In this document: positions 36,435 to 46,607 of the stretch, piece by piece
Position numbering within the stretch: the first letter of the stretch is position 1
Layout: each line of letters begins with the position of its first letter
IMG/VR virus record: IMGVR_UViG_3300031419_000529
Coordinates: 27,173 to 91,172 of that record
DNA length: 64,000 nt
DNA from: a virus
Reading direction: 5' to 3' (one strand)
Translations under genes and position numbers: made by a program
Notes under the pieces: model-generated
Database searches by the model: none
Seen by the model: the letters and a program-made list of their open reading frames with translations, nothing else
Told to the model about the DNA's origin: nothing

Positions 36435-38560
36435 TGAATACAGCCATGATTGACGCTGAGGACACACAATCTCAGCCGGACAACCGCGACCGATTTACGC
36501 TGCAACAACTACTGAATATCTCTGCTGATATAGATTCACAGCCTGAGTGGAGAACCACAGCCAATACGGCCTGTGCCTATTACGATGGCGATCAGCTACC
36601 GCCGGAGGTTGTTTCCAAGCTAAAAGAGCGTGGGCAGCCATTAACCATGCACAACCTGATCGCGCCGACTATCGACGGCGTGCTCGGGATGGAAGCAAAG
36701 ACACGTACCGATCTGATGGTCATTGCTGATGACCCAAGCGAAGAGATGGAGCAGATGGCGGAAGCGGTCAACGCTGAATACTCCGATGCCTGCAGGCTCA
36801 GCAACCTAAACAAAGCGCGTTCCGATGCATACGCTGAGCAGATTAAGGCAGGCTTAAGCTGGGTTGAAGTGCGCCGCAATAGCGACCCGTTCGGCAACAA
36901 GTATAAAGCCGGTACTGTACACCGTAACGAAGTATTCTGGGATTGGTTCAGCAGAGAAGCTGATCTGAGTGACTGCCGGTGGCTGATGCGTAAGCGTTGG
37001 CTGGATGTCGATGAAGTAAAAGGCTCGTTCCCCGGGCATGCCGATGTTATCGATTATTCAGTACGGGAATGGAAAGGTTTTGTCGAAACCGATCTGGCGG
37101 AAGGTGATGAGTCCAATCTGATAAACGGCTATGAGGAATACAACTCGTATAGCCGCGACCAGGCCGAGTGGATCACGACGAACCGTAAGCGCGTCATGCT
37201 GCAGGTCATCTATTACCGCACCTACCAACAGATGCCGGTTATGGAACTGTCGAATGGGCGTGTCATTCAGTACGACAAGAACAATGTTATGCATGCCGTG
37301 GCGCTGGCTACTGGGCGCGTATCGGTCACGATGGCTCGCGTCAGCCGGATCCGCGAGGCGTGGTTTGTCGGCCCGCATTTCATCACTGACCGTCCATGCT
37401 CTGCACCACAGGGCATGTTCCCGCTGGTACCGTTTTGGGGCTATCGTAAAGACAAGACGGGCGCACCTTATGGGCTGGCCTGCCGAGCTATTCCGGCACA
37501 GGATGAAGTCAATTTCCGTCGTATTAAGCTCACCTGGCTGCTACAGGCCAAGCGCGTGATTAAAGACGCCGACGCCACCAACATGACCGATAAGCAACTG
37601 GCGGAAGAACTGGAGCGACCTGACGGTGTGGTTAACCTCAATCCGGAGCGCAAGAACAAAAAGACCATAGCGGAAGCGCTGACGGTACAGCAGGATTTCC
37701 AGGTGGCTCAGCAACAGTTTACTGTCATGCAGGAATCGATGAAGCTAATCCAAGATGGCATGGGCGTGTACTCAACTTTCCTCGGGCAGGATTCAAGCGC
37801 ATCGAGCGGCATTGCTATTAGCAATCTGGTGGAGCAAGGTGCCACGACACTGGCAGAAATCAACGACAACTACCAATTTGCCTGTCAGCAGGTCGGCCAA
37901 CTGTTGTTATCGTACCTGTTAGAGGACTTGAGCCGCCGGCGCAATTACATGGTGGTCATCAACCGTGACGATAAACGCCGTCGCAAAGAGATCATGCTGA
38001 ACGCTGAAGAAGAGCAAGGCTCGATGAATAACGATGTCTCCCGCTTGCGGGCGCATATTGCCCTGGCACCTATTCAGCAGACGCCGGCTTATAAATCACA
38101 ACTGGCGGAGCGTATGTCTCAGGTGATCACCGGCCTGCCGTCGGAAGTGCAGGCGACAGTGCTGGATATGTGGGTAGAACTGCTGGATGTGCCGAACAAA
38201 CAGGAGTTCATTGAGCGGATCCGCAGCGCGCTTGGCACACCGAAGGCACCGGATGAAATGACGCCAGAAGAACAGCAGGCCGCCCAGCAAGAACAGCAAA
38301 TGCAGCAGGCACAGCAAGAGCTGGCGATGCGGGAGATTGCCGGGAAGGTGGCTAAGCTGGAGGCGGAAAGCAAGCGGATTGCAGCTCAGGCGGAACGTGA
38401 CCAGGCATTAGCCAACGGTCAGCGCTTTAATGATGCCCATACTCAGGCACAGACAGGGCAGATTCTTCAGCAGATGGAGAATGTGTCTGCTGAGATAAAC
38501 GCTCTGAATGACCAAATGTTGCAGACCATTCAGGGTCAAATTGACTCGATTCCTGTATGA
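36434..38560 (+). CDS. Portal protein (933W-like)
   Basis: YYDGDQL, NLIAPTIDGVLGMEAK; 708 aa with Gln-rich barrel. Confidence 0.92.
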   Translation: MNTAMIDAEDTQSQPDNRDRFTLQQLLNISADIDSQPEWRTTANTACAYYDGDQLPPEVVSKLKERGQPLTMHNLIAPTIDGVLGMEAKTRTDLMVIADDPSEEMEQMAEAVNAEYSDACRLSNLNKARSDAYAEQIKAGLSWVEVRRNSDPFGNKYKAGTVHRNEVFWDWFSREADLSDCRWLMRKRWLDVDEVKGSFPGHADVIDYSVREWKGFVETDLAEGDESNLINGYEEYNSYSRDQAEWITTNRKRVMLQVIYYRTYQQMPVMELSNGRVIQYDKNNVMHAVALATGRVSVTMARVSRIREAWFVGPHFITDRPCSAPQGMFPLVPFWGYRKDKTGAPYGLACRAIPAQDEVNFRRIKLTWLLQAKRVIKDADATNMTDKQLAEELERPDGVVNLNPERKNKKTIAEALTVQQDFQVAQQQFTVMQESMKLIQDGMGVYSTFLGQDSSASSGIAISNLVEQGATTLAEINDNYQFACQQVGQLLLSYLLEDLSRRRNYMVVINRDDKRRRKEIMLNAEEEQGSMNNDVSRLRAHIALAPIQQTPAYKSQLAERMSQVITGLPSEVQATVLDMWVELLDVPNKQEFIERIRSALGTPKAPDEMTPEEQQAAQQEQQMQQAQQELAMREIAGKVAKLEAESKRIAAQAERDQALANGQRFNDAHTQAQTGQILQQMENVSAEINALNDQMLQTIQGQIDSIPV

Positions 38561-38585
38561 TAATCGGAGCAAACAGGAGGGGTAC

Positions 38586-39398
38586 ATGGCATTAGTTTAT
38601 CATTACTGCAGTCCGCATACATTTCTTCATATTATTGAAAAAAAGAAAATATGGCTATCATCATCTAACAATATGAATGACTCAGCTGAAGGAGAGTGGT
38701 TTTCAAGTGCATATCATGATTTTTTGAAAGAAAATGAAGAGAGATTTGGCATTGATTTTTGTGACAAAGCTATGCATAAATTCAGTATTAATAATGAACC
38801 GAAATATATCACTTGCTTTTCTAAAGTTGGAGATTCGCTAAGTCAATGGAGAGCGTATGCACAAAATGGTGAAGGAGTGGTTCTAGGATTTGATGATACG
38901 AAGCTCGGTGCTAAAGGAGAATATGCATACCCCAGCCGAGTACCAGCAAGTAGCTTAGCGATGATTGATGTTGAATATCTAACTAGAGAGAATATATTCC
39001 ATATCTTAAATGATGTTTTTTCTAAGTGCCAAGAAGAAACAGATGAAAATGAACGTTCATTTTTGTTTGCGGCAATTAGCTTAGGCCGTTATCTGTCGGT
39101 AAAGAATCCTGCATTTCACGAAGAAAAAGAAAAGCGGTTGATTTTTTCCCCTATCATCAATGATGATAAAGGTGTTCGGGAATTCTCTGTGAGTAATAGC
39201 ATTGGAGAGTTAAAACATAGGATATCCAATGGGTATTTAACTTCACATTTTGAATATGAGATAAATACAAAGGAAGCATTAAAAGAAATAATTCTTGGAC
39301 CAAAGAATAAATTTTCCGAGTACGATGTTAAAAAATTTCTTGGATTTAGCGGGTTGGAAAATATTACAGTAAAAAAATCAGCAGCAACATACCGATAA
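38586..39398 (+). CDS. DUF2971 domain protein (AT-rich moron; start 38586)
   Basis: VYHYCS, MNDSAEG, CFSKVGDSLSQWRAYA, KNPAFHEEKEKR, EIILGPK. Confidence 0.85.
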   Translation: MALVYHYCSPHTFLHIIEKKKIWLSSSNNMNDSAEGEWFSSAYHDFLKENEERFGIDFCDKAMHKFSINNEPKYITCFSKVGDSLSQWRAYAQNGEGVVLGFDDTKLGAKGEYAYPSRVPASSLAMIDVEYLTRENIFHILNDVFSKCQEETDENERSFLFAAISLGRYLSVKNPAFHEEKEKRLIFSPIINDDKGVREFSVSNSIGELKHRISNGYLTSHFEYEINTKEALKEIILGPKNKFSEYDVKKFLGFSGLENITVKKSAATYR

Positions 39399-39403
39399 AA
39401 CTG

Positions 39404-39474
39404 TTGCACCAACGCTTTTGATGCGCTAGATTCCGGAAAGATATCAAGCCTCGCCCTAAAAAGCGGGGCTTTTT
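39404..39474 (+). promoter_or_regulatory. Late promoter/pause/terminator unit 2
   Basis: TTGCAC-17(..TGCGC)-TAGATT, AAAGAT, hairpin AAGCCTCGC/GCGGGGCTT plus T tract. Confidence 0.8.
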
Positions 39475-39652
39475 CATTTCCCTCGGTCAAGGTCAGTGTT
39501 GTTGTGTTTTTCTTTGAGTATTTGCCCGCCTCGTGCGGGCATTTTTGTTTGTGCCGCTAAGCACTTTGGCAACAGAGCGCTTATTCGCACGGGCAGCGAT
39601 ACGCCTTTCCATTTCGGATCTATCCGACAAATAGACATGCAGGAGTAGGGAC

Positions 39653-40690
39653 GTGGATATTGATAATTTAACGGGTAATGAGACAGCAGAGGAAATTGAA
39701 GCACTGCTGGATAGTTTGGGTGAGGTGGAGATTTCAGACGTGGCTGTGGTTCCTGCCGTTACTGAAAAGCCTGTTACACAGGTTACTTCGACTGTTGATC
39801 AGACCAAAACGGGCGATACTGGAGTCACACCGCCGCCGGGTGTAACTGTTGAACAGACCGGAACCAGCACTACGGGTGAGGTTGCAACTGAAGAGCGGCC
39901 GAAAGGTATCGCTACTCAGGATGGCAAACACGTCATCCCCTATGCCGTATTGGAAGCTGCGCGAGCCGAAAATCGTCGGAGTGCTGAAAGCCAGCAACGC
40001 GCGAGCATTGAACTGGAACAAACCAAGCGCCAGCTTCAGATGCTTACGCAGCAGGTTAACCAAGCGGGACTGACCCCAGCGAAATTATCTGAAGAATCAC
40101 AAATCACTCCCGAACAACTGGCTAAGATTCGTGATGAATTCCCGGATTTGTCCGGCGTGTTCGAAACCTTGGTGCAGAAAATTGATTATCTGCAAAAAGC
40201 TAATCCAAGCACGCAAGCTGCTCCGATTGAATCAACAGGCAACCCGGTCACTGATGCGTTGAAAGCAACTCCTGAGCTTGAAGGGTGGCAGTCTGCGGAT
40301 CCAGATCGTTTTAGCCTGGCGGTTCACCTCGATGAGAAGTTGCAAACTGATCCTGCATGGAAAGACAAGCCGTTAACTGAGCGATTCAACGAAGTGGTTA
40401 AGCGCACCAAGGCGGCTTATGGCGAGAGCGTTGAGGCGCCTCTAACTCCTGCCACCGTTCAAGTTGCACAGCCTACCGCTGAAGAGCTCCAAAAGTTGGC
40501 AGATGACAAATTAGCCGCGGCTAAAGCTTCTGCCGCAATCCCGACATCACCGTCTGATCTGGGTTCGCCGAGTACGCATCAACCTACGCTATTGGAGCAA
40601 GCTGCTGGCGCTGATCATCAGCAGTTGACGGCAATGTTCTCCGGCATGAGCGAGGCGCAAATCGACGCGCTGTTAGAGCAGTCGCTCTGA
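39653..40690 (+). CDS. Head scaffolding protein
   Basis: DGKHVIPYAVLE; acidic/coiled; between portal and capsid. Confidence 0.75.
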   Translation: MDIDNLTGNETAEEIEALLDSLGEVEISDVAVVPAVTEKPVTQVTSTVDQTKTGDTGVTPPPGVTVEQTGTSTTGEVATEERPKGIATQDGKHVIPYAVLEAARAENRRSAESQQRASIELEQTKRQLQMLTQQVNQAGLTPAKLSEESQITPEQLAKIRDEFPDLSGVFETLVQKIDYLQKANPSTQAAPIESTGNPVTDALKATPELEGWQSADPDRFSLAVHLDEKLQTDPAWKDKPLTERFNEVVKRTKAAYGESVEAPLTPATVQVAQPTAEELQKLADDKLAAAKASAAIPTSPSDLGSPSTHQPTLLEQAAGADHQQLTAMFSGMSEAQIDALLEQSL

Positions 40691-40754
40691 CCTGACGGTC
40701 AATATCATTTATCTATAGCCCGCCTCGTGCGGGTTTTTCTTTTGGGAGTTATCC

Positions 40755-41978
40755 ATGACCACCATTACCTCTGCCCAGGCGAATAAGCTCCAGCAGGTCG
40801 CGCTGTTTACTGCAGCGAACCGCAACCGCTCATTCGTGAACGTGCTGACTGAACAGCAGGAAGCGCCGAAGGCCGTTAACCCGGACAAGAAAGGTACCCT
40901 GCAAACCAGCTTTACTGCGCCTGTCGTCCGCATTACCGATCTGCAAAAACAGAAGGGTGATGAAGTTGATATGCAGATCGTCCATAAGCTGAGCAAGCGC
41001 CCGACCATGGGTGATGAAAAGCTGGCTGGCCGTGGTGAAAACCTCGGGTTCGCCGATTTTTCATTGAAGATTAACCAAGGGCGTCACCTGGTGGATGCCG
41101 GCGGCAAGATGTCGCAGCAGCGTTTCAAGCACAACCTGAACAAAACCGCGCGCGTACTGCTGGGTACCTACTTCAATGACCTGCAGGATCAGTGTGCGAC
41201 TGTCCACCTGGCGGGCGCTCGCGGCGATTTCATTGCCGATGACACCATTCTGCCGCTGGCGGGTCACGGCGAGTTCGGCAAGATCATGATCAACGACGTG
41301 ATGCCACCGACGTATGACCGCCATTTCTACGCCGGTGATGCGACGTCGTTCGAGCAACTGGATGCCGCTGATCTGTTCAGTCTGGGCACTGTCGATAACA
41401 TCGCGTTGTTTCTGGATGAGATGGCCCACCCGTTGCAGCCGGTCAAAATGTCCAAAGACGAATTGAAGGATGAAGATCCGTACTTTGTTCTCTACGTCAC
41501 CCCGCGTCAGTGGAACGACTGGTACACCTCAACGTCTGGCAAAGACTGGCAGGCAATGATGGTTCGTGCGGTGAACCGCTCGAAGGGCTTCGATCATCCG
41601 CTCTTTAAAGGTGAATGCGCGATGTGGCGCAACATCCTGATCCGCAAATACTCCGGTATGCCGATCCGTTTTAACACAGGCTCGACCGTCGCTGTTTCAA
41701 ACAACGACAACGTGGCCAGCGTTTCCAACAAAACAGCCGGTACCACCATTGACCGCGCACTGTTGCTGGGCGGCCAGGCGTTGGGTAATGCCTACGGTAC
41801 CGGTGAAGCCGGTGGCCACTTCGGTTATCACGAAGAAAAAGTTGACCATGGCAATGGCGCTGAAATCTCTGTGAGCTGGATTAACGGCCTGAAGAAAATC
41901 CGTTTCCAACAGAAAGATGGCCGCGTAAACGACCACGGCATCATGGTAGTGGACTCGGCGATCACGCTGGGCCGTTAA
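40755..41978 (+). CDS. Major capsid protein (DUF4043/N4-gp56-like)
   Basis: PVVRITDLQKQKGDEV, RPTMGDE, HPLFKGECAMW; 407 aa. Confidence 0.92.
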   Translation: MTTITSAQANKLQQVALFTAANRNRSFVNVLTEQQEAPKAVNPDKKGTLQTSFTAPVVRITDLQKQKGDEVDMQIVHKLSKRPTMGDEKLAGRGENLGFADFSLKINQGRHLVDAGGKMSQQRFKHNLNKTARVLLGTYFNDLQDQCATVHLAGARGDFIADDTILPLAGHGEFGKIMINDVMPPTYDRHFYAGDATSFEQLDAADLFSLGTVDNIALFLDEMAHPLQPVKMSKDELKDEDPYFVLYVTPRQWNDWYTSTSGKDWQAMMVRAVNRSKGFDHPLFKGECAMWRNILIRKYSGMPIRFNTGSTVAVSNNDNVASVSNKTAGTTIDRALLLGGQALGNAYGTGEAGGHFGYHEEKVDHGNGAEISVSWINGLKKIRFQQKDGRVNDHGIMVVDSAITLGR

Positions 41979-41984
41979 TTTAAC

Positions 41985-42008
41985 AAGCAGGCTTCGGCCT
42001 GCTTTTTT
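41985..42008 (+). terminator. Terminator after capsid
   Basis: AAGCAGGC-TTCG-GCCTGCTT plus TTTT. Confidence 0.85.
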
Positions 42009-42023
42009 GTGGAGAAGAAAACT

Positions 42024-42407
42024 ATGGCAACGATTATCGCGCCATCTATGCGAGACGCTGTGTATCAGGGCCCGCAAGGCAACCTGTCTATCGCAGAAGG
42101 GCAGATCATTTTGGCAGCAGCAAAATCAGGTGATGTTGTAGAGCTGCTGGAAATGCCAATCGGCATGCGCATCTATTCACTCGATATCGTCAGTGAAGCT
42201 TTGGGTGCCGGTGTAACTGTGGCGATTAAGTCCGGCACTACCACGCTGGTGGCCGCTGGCAGTCATGCTGCTGCAGTGGCGAAAGTAGTACCGATTGTGC
42301 CTTACAGCACAGTTGCCAGTGGAGAGAAGATTACCGCAACGCTTGCTGGTGGTGATGCCGCCGGCCGCCTGGTGGTCAACGTTAAGTACGTAGCAACCGG
42401 CTACTGA
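42024..42407 (+). CDS. Capsid decoration/cement-like protein
   Basis: VYQGPQGNLS; position after MCP. Confidence 0.65.
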   Translation: MATIIAPSMRDAVYQGPQGNLSIAEGQIILAAAKSGDVVELLEMPIGMRIYSLDIVSEALGAGVTVAIKSGTTTLVAAGSHAAAVAKVVPIVPYSTVASGEKITATLAGGDAAGRLVVNVKYVATGY

Positions 42408-42471
42408 TCCGTTAATCCCTGTAACCCCCAGAGGCTCGCTAAATGCGGGCCTTTTTTATTGGAGCACTCCA

Positions 42472-42924
42472 ATGACCACCCAAACTATCGCAGTGGCCTA
42501 TATCGGCCCTAAAGACAAAAAGCGCGACACAATTACTGGCAGTCGGTTGGTATTCCCACGCCTTACGCCGGTAGATGTTGAATCTGCCATTGCGCACCGT
42601 CTGCTTGATTTCCCGACGGTCTTCGTAAAGGCGGATCTACTTGAAAGCGTGCTGAAAGCAAAGGCGAACGCATCAGAAGATCAGGCTGAAGCTGATCGCC
42701 TGGAACAAGTCCGGTTAGCCGCATTGGCAGCGGAAAACTGCCTTGTCGTGAAAATTGGCAACGATGAGGTTGATCTCGCCAAGTTGACCGCCGTGCAGTT
42801 GGCAACGTTGGTAGAGGCTGAAGAGCTGGAACTGAAGCAGGATCCGCAAGAGAAAGTCGGTGACTTCCGCATCCGTGTTCGCGATGCAATCAACGGCAAG
42901 CAGGTTAGCGGAGACGGCGAGTAA
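42472..42924 (+). CDS. Virion morphogenesis protein
   Basis: YIGPKDKKRDTITGSR; conserved position in this phage type. Confidence 0.65.
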   Translation: MTTQTIAVAYIGPKDKKRDTITGSRLVFPRLTPVDVESAIAHRLLDFPTVFVKADLLESVLKAKANASEDQAEADRLEQVRLAALAAENCLVVKIGNDEVDLAKLTAVQLATLVEAEELELKQDPQEKVGDFRIRVRDAINGKQVSGDGE

Positions 42925-43520
42925 TGGCCGCGCTTGACGTATTTCTGCCAGCGATCCGGCGCCATATTAACGGGCCGCTGGAAATCATGATGCGGCAGTC
43001 GGTGCTTGAGGCGGCAATTGCCTTTTGCCGTGAATCAATGTTCTGCCGCGAAGAGCTGACATTGGTCAACGCCATGCCGGGAACGACGTATGCATTGACC
43101 GAAAGCTCACTGGTGAAATGCGTTAAGCGCCTATGTGTTGCAGACCTTTCTGAGCAATTACGCCGGGCTGATGCACCAGGTTCAGTATTGGTGGCGGGCA
43201 TCGACTTCAACGTCATTTCTGCGAACCATATCGCGTTTGTGCGTCCATTCGAAAAGGTCAGTGTACTTTTCTCTATCGAGCCACGCCGGAGTGTTTCGGA
43301 AGTTCCTGACGCACTGGCCGATGACTATCTGGACGTTATTGCCGCCGGCGCATTGAACGACCTGTTCATGATGCCAGGTAAACCATGGTCGGATCCGCAA
43401 CGCGCCGGATATTTCAACACGCAGTTTATCGAGGGTTATCGCCGTGCATTTCGGGATGCTCTCGATAATTCGCCGATCACGTCTTTCTATAACCCTATTC
43501 GTAAGCACGAGTTCTACTGA
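42924..43520 (+). CDS. Head-tail adaptor-like protein
   Basis: FLPAIRRHINGP; MPGKPWSDP. Confidence 0.7.
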   Translation: MAALDVFLPAIRRHINGPLEIMMRQSVLEAAIAFCRESMFCREELTLVNAMPGTTYALTESSLVKCVKRLCVADLSEQLRRADAPGSVLVAGIDFNVISANHIAFVRPFEKVSVLFSIEPRRSVSEVPDALADDYLDVIAAGALNDLFMMPGKPWSDPQRAGYFNTQFIEGYRRAFRDALDNSPITSFYNPIRKHEFY

Positions 43521-44176
43521 TGCAAAAAGTTGCCGAGATTATCGGGCGCGTAAACACGCAGCTCGTTGATGTCGCATGGATGCGCTGGCCCAAGGCGGAG
43601 CTCCTTGATTATTACAACGACGCGATCCGCGCCGTGATTATTGTTCGGCCCGATGCGGGGGAAAGTTCCGAGCTCCTGACGTGCGTGGCAGGTACCAAGC
43701 AGCAATTGCCGGAAGGGGCTAACCGGTTGCTGGACATCACCCGCGTGGCCGGTGGCCGCGTAATCCGTCCAGTACCTCGCGAGGCTCTGGATACGCAATT
43801 CCCTGACTGGCATTTCAGTACCGGCGCCATTGAGGGTTATTGCTACGACGAGCAGACGCCACGAACCTTCTATGTGTTTCCCGGTGCCGAGGCTGGTGTG
43901 CAGCTTGATGCTGTGGTGTCGCGCATCCCTAAGGCTGTCACTATTCAGCAGCTTGATGGTGGGGATGCAGTTTCACTGGATGAGCTCTATATCAACCCGA
44001 TCGTTGAGTGGATGCTCTATCGCTGCTTCTCCAAAGATTCACAGAACGGCGCCAACGCTCAGTTAGCCCAACAGCATTACCAGGCATTCAACGATCAGCT
44101 TGGCGTTAAAACACAGGCCGAAATGGCCGCGGGCAATAAAAAGCGTGAACAATATAATGGGAGCACCCAGCTATGA
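43520..44176 (+). CDS. Adaptor/tail tubular-like protein
   Basis: RWPKAELLDYYNDA..RPDA; WMLYRCFSKD. Confidence 0.7.
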   Translation: MQKVAEIIGRVNTQLVDVAWMRWPKAELLDYYNDAIRAVIIVRPDAGESSELLTCVAGTKQQLPEGANRLLDITRVAGGRVIRPVPREALDTQFPDWHFSTGAIEGYCYDEQTPRTFYVFPGAEAGVQLDAVVSRIPKAVTIQQLDGGDAVSLDELYINPIVEWMLYRCFSKDSQNGANAQLAQQHYQAFNDQLGVKTQAEMAAGNKKREQYNGSTQL

Positions 44177-46599
44177 GTATTTTGGTTGAAGGGAAGCTGA
44201 CTGGGCCTGCCGGTGGTTCAATCAATAACGCTGATATAGTCCTGACTGCGATCAATACTAGCCTGGTTGTTTTGGGAGGCACTCCTGTCTCAGCAAAAAC
44301 AGACAACGACGGCAACTATTCCTTTACGCTGAATAATGGCAACTATGCAGTATCGGTTTCCAAAGACGGAAATAACTGGTTCTCCGGCATGGTTACCGTG
44401 ACAGATCTGACGATCCCAAAATCCCTGAATGCATTGCTTCTGCAGGATGCAATGAATGCGGAAATTCCATCAGATTATTGGTCATACTTTCAGGCGCAAA
44501 CCGGTATTCTTTTCAGCAATTTTGAGAAGATCGATAACGCGGTATCCGTAACCGTTGATGCGAAAAATACAGCGGTCGGTGCGCGCGATATTGCGGTGGC
44601 CGCGCGTAATGATGCCGAGGCATTTGCGGGTGCCGCCAAGTCCGGTCCAGACGCATATACTGACAGAGGTGAGGCTCAAGATGCTATCAACGCCGGTACC
44701 GAGACACGGCGTTATTTCAGTGTGCGTTCGATTGATGACAAGTACTGGGTGGATGAATACGAAAATGTGAATGGTGTCGCCACCCCAACAGGGCGCAGGT
44801 TGGAAAGCGCCAAGTTTGTTGAGGACATTAAGTTGGTGACTGAGTATTTGAGCTCAGTCATCCCTGAGTCACTCGGCAATAAAATGAGCGGGTTACATCA
44901 TGTTGTTATGACCCGGGATGGTGTCGGCATCTTCATCATCGATAAAAAGAATTACGCCCAGTTCGCCGGTATGACAGACAAGTTGCAGGAAAGGCTTTCA
45001 GTCTTAGGCAATTACAACATTGCGAAGCGCCTTCGTGGCCTGCATTTTGTCGGTGATACAGACGGCACGCTCACGAATGCCTGGGGGTATGTTGCGGGTG
45101 ATTTGAAACTCAGACTCGCTGGTATGAAAACCCCGGTGAATGATCTCGAAAATATTTTCGGTTCCCTGATCAAGATTAACGGGAACAAGCTTTCGCTGTT
45201 CAGTAAAAGCGCCGATGAGCAACCACTCTGGGATAGGGCGAACGTGCTTAGCGCAACGCCAATGTCAGATTCTGGCGTTGTGTTCACGTATAGAGAAAGT
45301 AGTGGCGTGGTTGCTACTGGTGTTCTGACACGAACGGCGATGCAGGCAGGATATAAAGCGCGAGAGCTGGACATTGACGATGCTGACATCTTTCTGATCG
45401 CGGTCACAGGCCAGTCTTTAGCTGCAACGCAAGCGGGTGAGAGCATCGTAAAACATGATCCGAGCCTCGACGGTAAGGCACTGATGTTTTCTGGCGCAGG
45501 ACAAGATCGCGGTTTGGTCATGGGGGAGATGCTCGCTCAGACCGAACTGGGAGGACTGACTGACCTAAACTCGCCACTGCAGTCTCGTGGGAGCGGCGCC
45601 GTGCAGCACATCCTCAGGGCTATTCGGGATAATGGATTAACGCTTCCACCTATCGTTACACGAACGCATGCAATGGGCGGTGCCTCTTACGAACAACTTA
45701 AAAAAGGCACACCTACCTACCAATCTGGACAGACGATAGCGACAGAGTTTGCACGCCAAGCGAAAGACATGGCGAAGAACCCCGTTATACCGGCATTGAT
45801 AGTGACGCATGGTGAGGCTGACAGCGCCATGGTGACGGAGGTGGGGCAGTATTACCAGCGCCTAAATGAGTGGATTAATGATCATCAAGCTGGCTATCAG
45901 GCAATCACCGGGCAAGCTCAAAAGCCCATTGCCTTTGTCGATCAACTTGGTTCACGTATCCGAACCAAAAGCCCGACAAGTGGCGATATCATTTATGGTG
46001 ACTTCATTGCACAAGACCAATGGCAGTTGTCACTTGATCGTGCTGACGTCGTTTTATCAACGCCAAAATATCCAATGAACCGGTTATACCCGCTTGACCA
46101 ACAGCATCTGCTGCAGCGCGGTTATTCGTGGTTGGATGAATATGTCGGGCAAGCCATTTATTGGACGTTTTTCAATCCGCTCAATACCCAGCGGCGTAAG
46201 TGGAATCCAGTTCAGCCGAAGAAATTCACTATCACAGGCAATAAGTTACGTTGTGATTTTGAAACCACGCCGTTGGGTTATCCATTGACGTTCGATGATT
46301 ACACCCTAGGCGCCGCGCCATTTGCTGGGCTCGACTTTGAGAAGGGGTCGGCAACGGTAAATCACGTTGAACAAGTGGGCGACTTCGCTTTTGAGTGGGG
46401 GCTCAACCATGCTCCAACGTCAGGTGATTTTATCCGGTTTGGTTTCAATGCCACAGACCCTGGCGGATTCCCGGCACCTTACGATAAGTGGATTTTCCCA
46501 CTCACCAACATCAGAGATACGTCACCACTGATGAGCAAATATTCGGCACAGCACATGTGGAATTGGTCTGTGTTGGCACGCGTACCCGTTACCTTGTAG
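44173..46599 (+). CDS. Tail fibre/spike with SGNH (O-acetylesterase-like) domain
   Basis: Prophage tail fibre N-term; GQSLA, HGEAD, DQQH motifs. Confidence 0.82.
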   Translation: MSILVEGKLTGPAGGSINNADIVLTAINTSLVVLGGTPVSAKTDNDGNYSFTLNNGNYAVSVSKDGNNWFSGMVTVTDLTIPKSLNALLLQDAMNAEIPSDYWSYFQAQTGILFSNFEKIDNAVSVTVDAKNTAVGARDIAVAARNDAEAFAGAAKSGPDAYTDRGEAQDAINAGTETRRYFSVRSIDDKYWVDEYENVNGVATPTGRRLESAKFVEDIKLVTEYLSSVIPESLGNKMSGLHHVVMTRDGVGIFIIDKKNYAQFAGMTDKLQERLSVLGNYNIAKRLRGLHFVGDTDGTLTNAWGYVAGDLKLRLAGMKTPVNDLENIFGSLIKINGNKLSLFSKSADEQPLWDRANVLSATPMSDSGVVFTYRESSGVVATGVLTRTAMQAGYKARELDIDDADIFLIAVTGQSLAATQAGESIVKHDPSLDGKALMFSGAGQDRGLVMGEMLAQTELGGLTDLNSPLQSRGSGAVQHILRAIRDNGLTLPPIVTRTHAMGGASYEQLKKGTPTYQSGQTIATEFARQAKDMAKNPVIPALIVTHGEADSAMVTEVGQYYQRLNEWINDHQAGYQAITGQAQKPIAFVDQLGSRIRTKSPTSGDIIYGDFIAQDQWQLSLDRADVVLSTPKYPMNRLYPLDQQHLLQRGYSWLDEYVGQAIYWTFFNPLNTQRRKWNPVQPKKFTITGNKLRCDFETTPLGYPLTFDDYTLGAAPFAGLDFEKGSATVNHVEQVGDFAFEWGLNHAPTSGDFIRFGFNATDPGGFPAPYDKWIFPLTNIRDTSPLMSKYSAQHMWNWSVLARVPVTL

Positions 46600-46607
46600 G
46601 AGATATC

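Noticed and set aside
33018-42480. ATGACCA starts of Rz, capsid and the 42472 gene as sRNA targets
   Set aside because: Only 7-10 nt matches; could be chance Met-Thr starts
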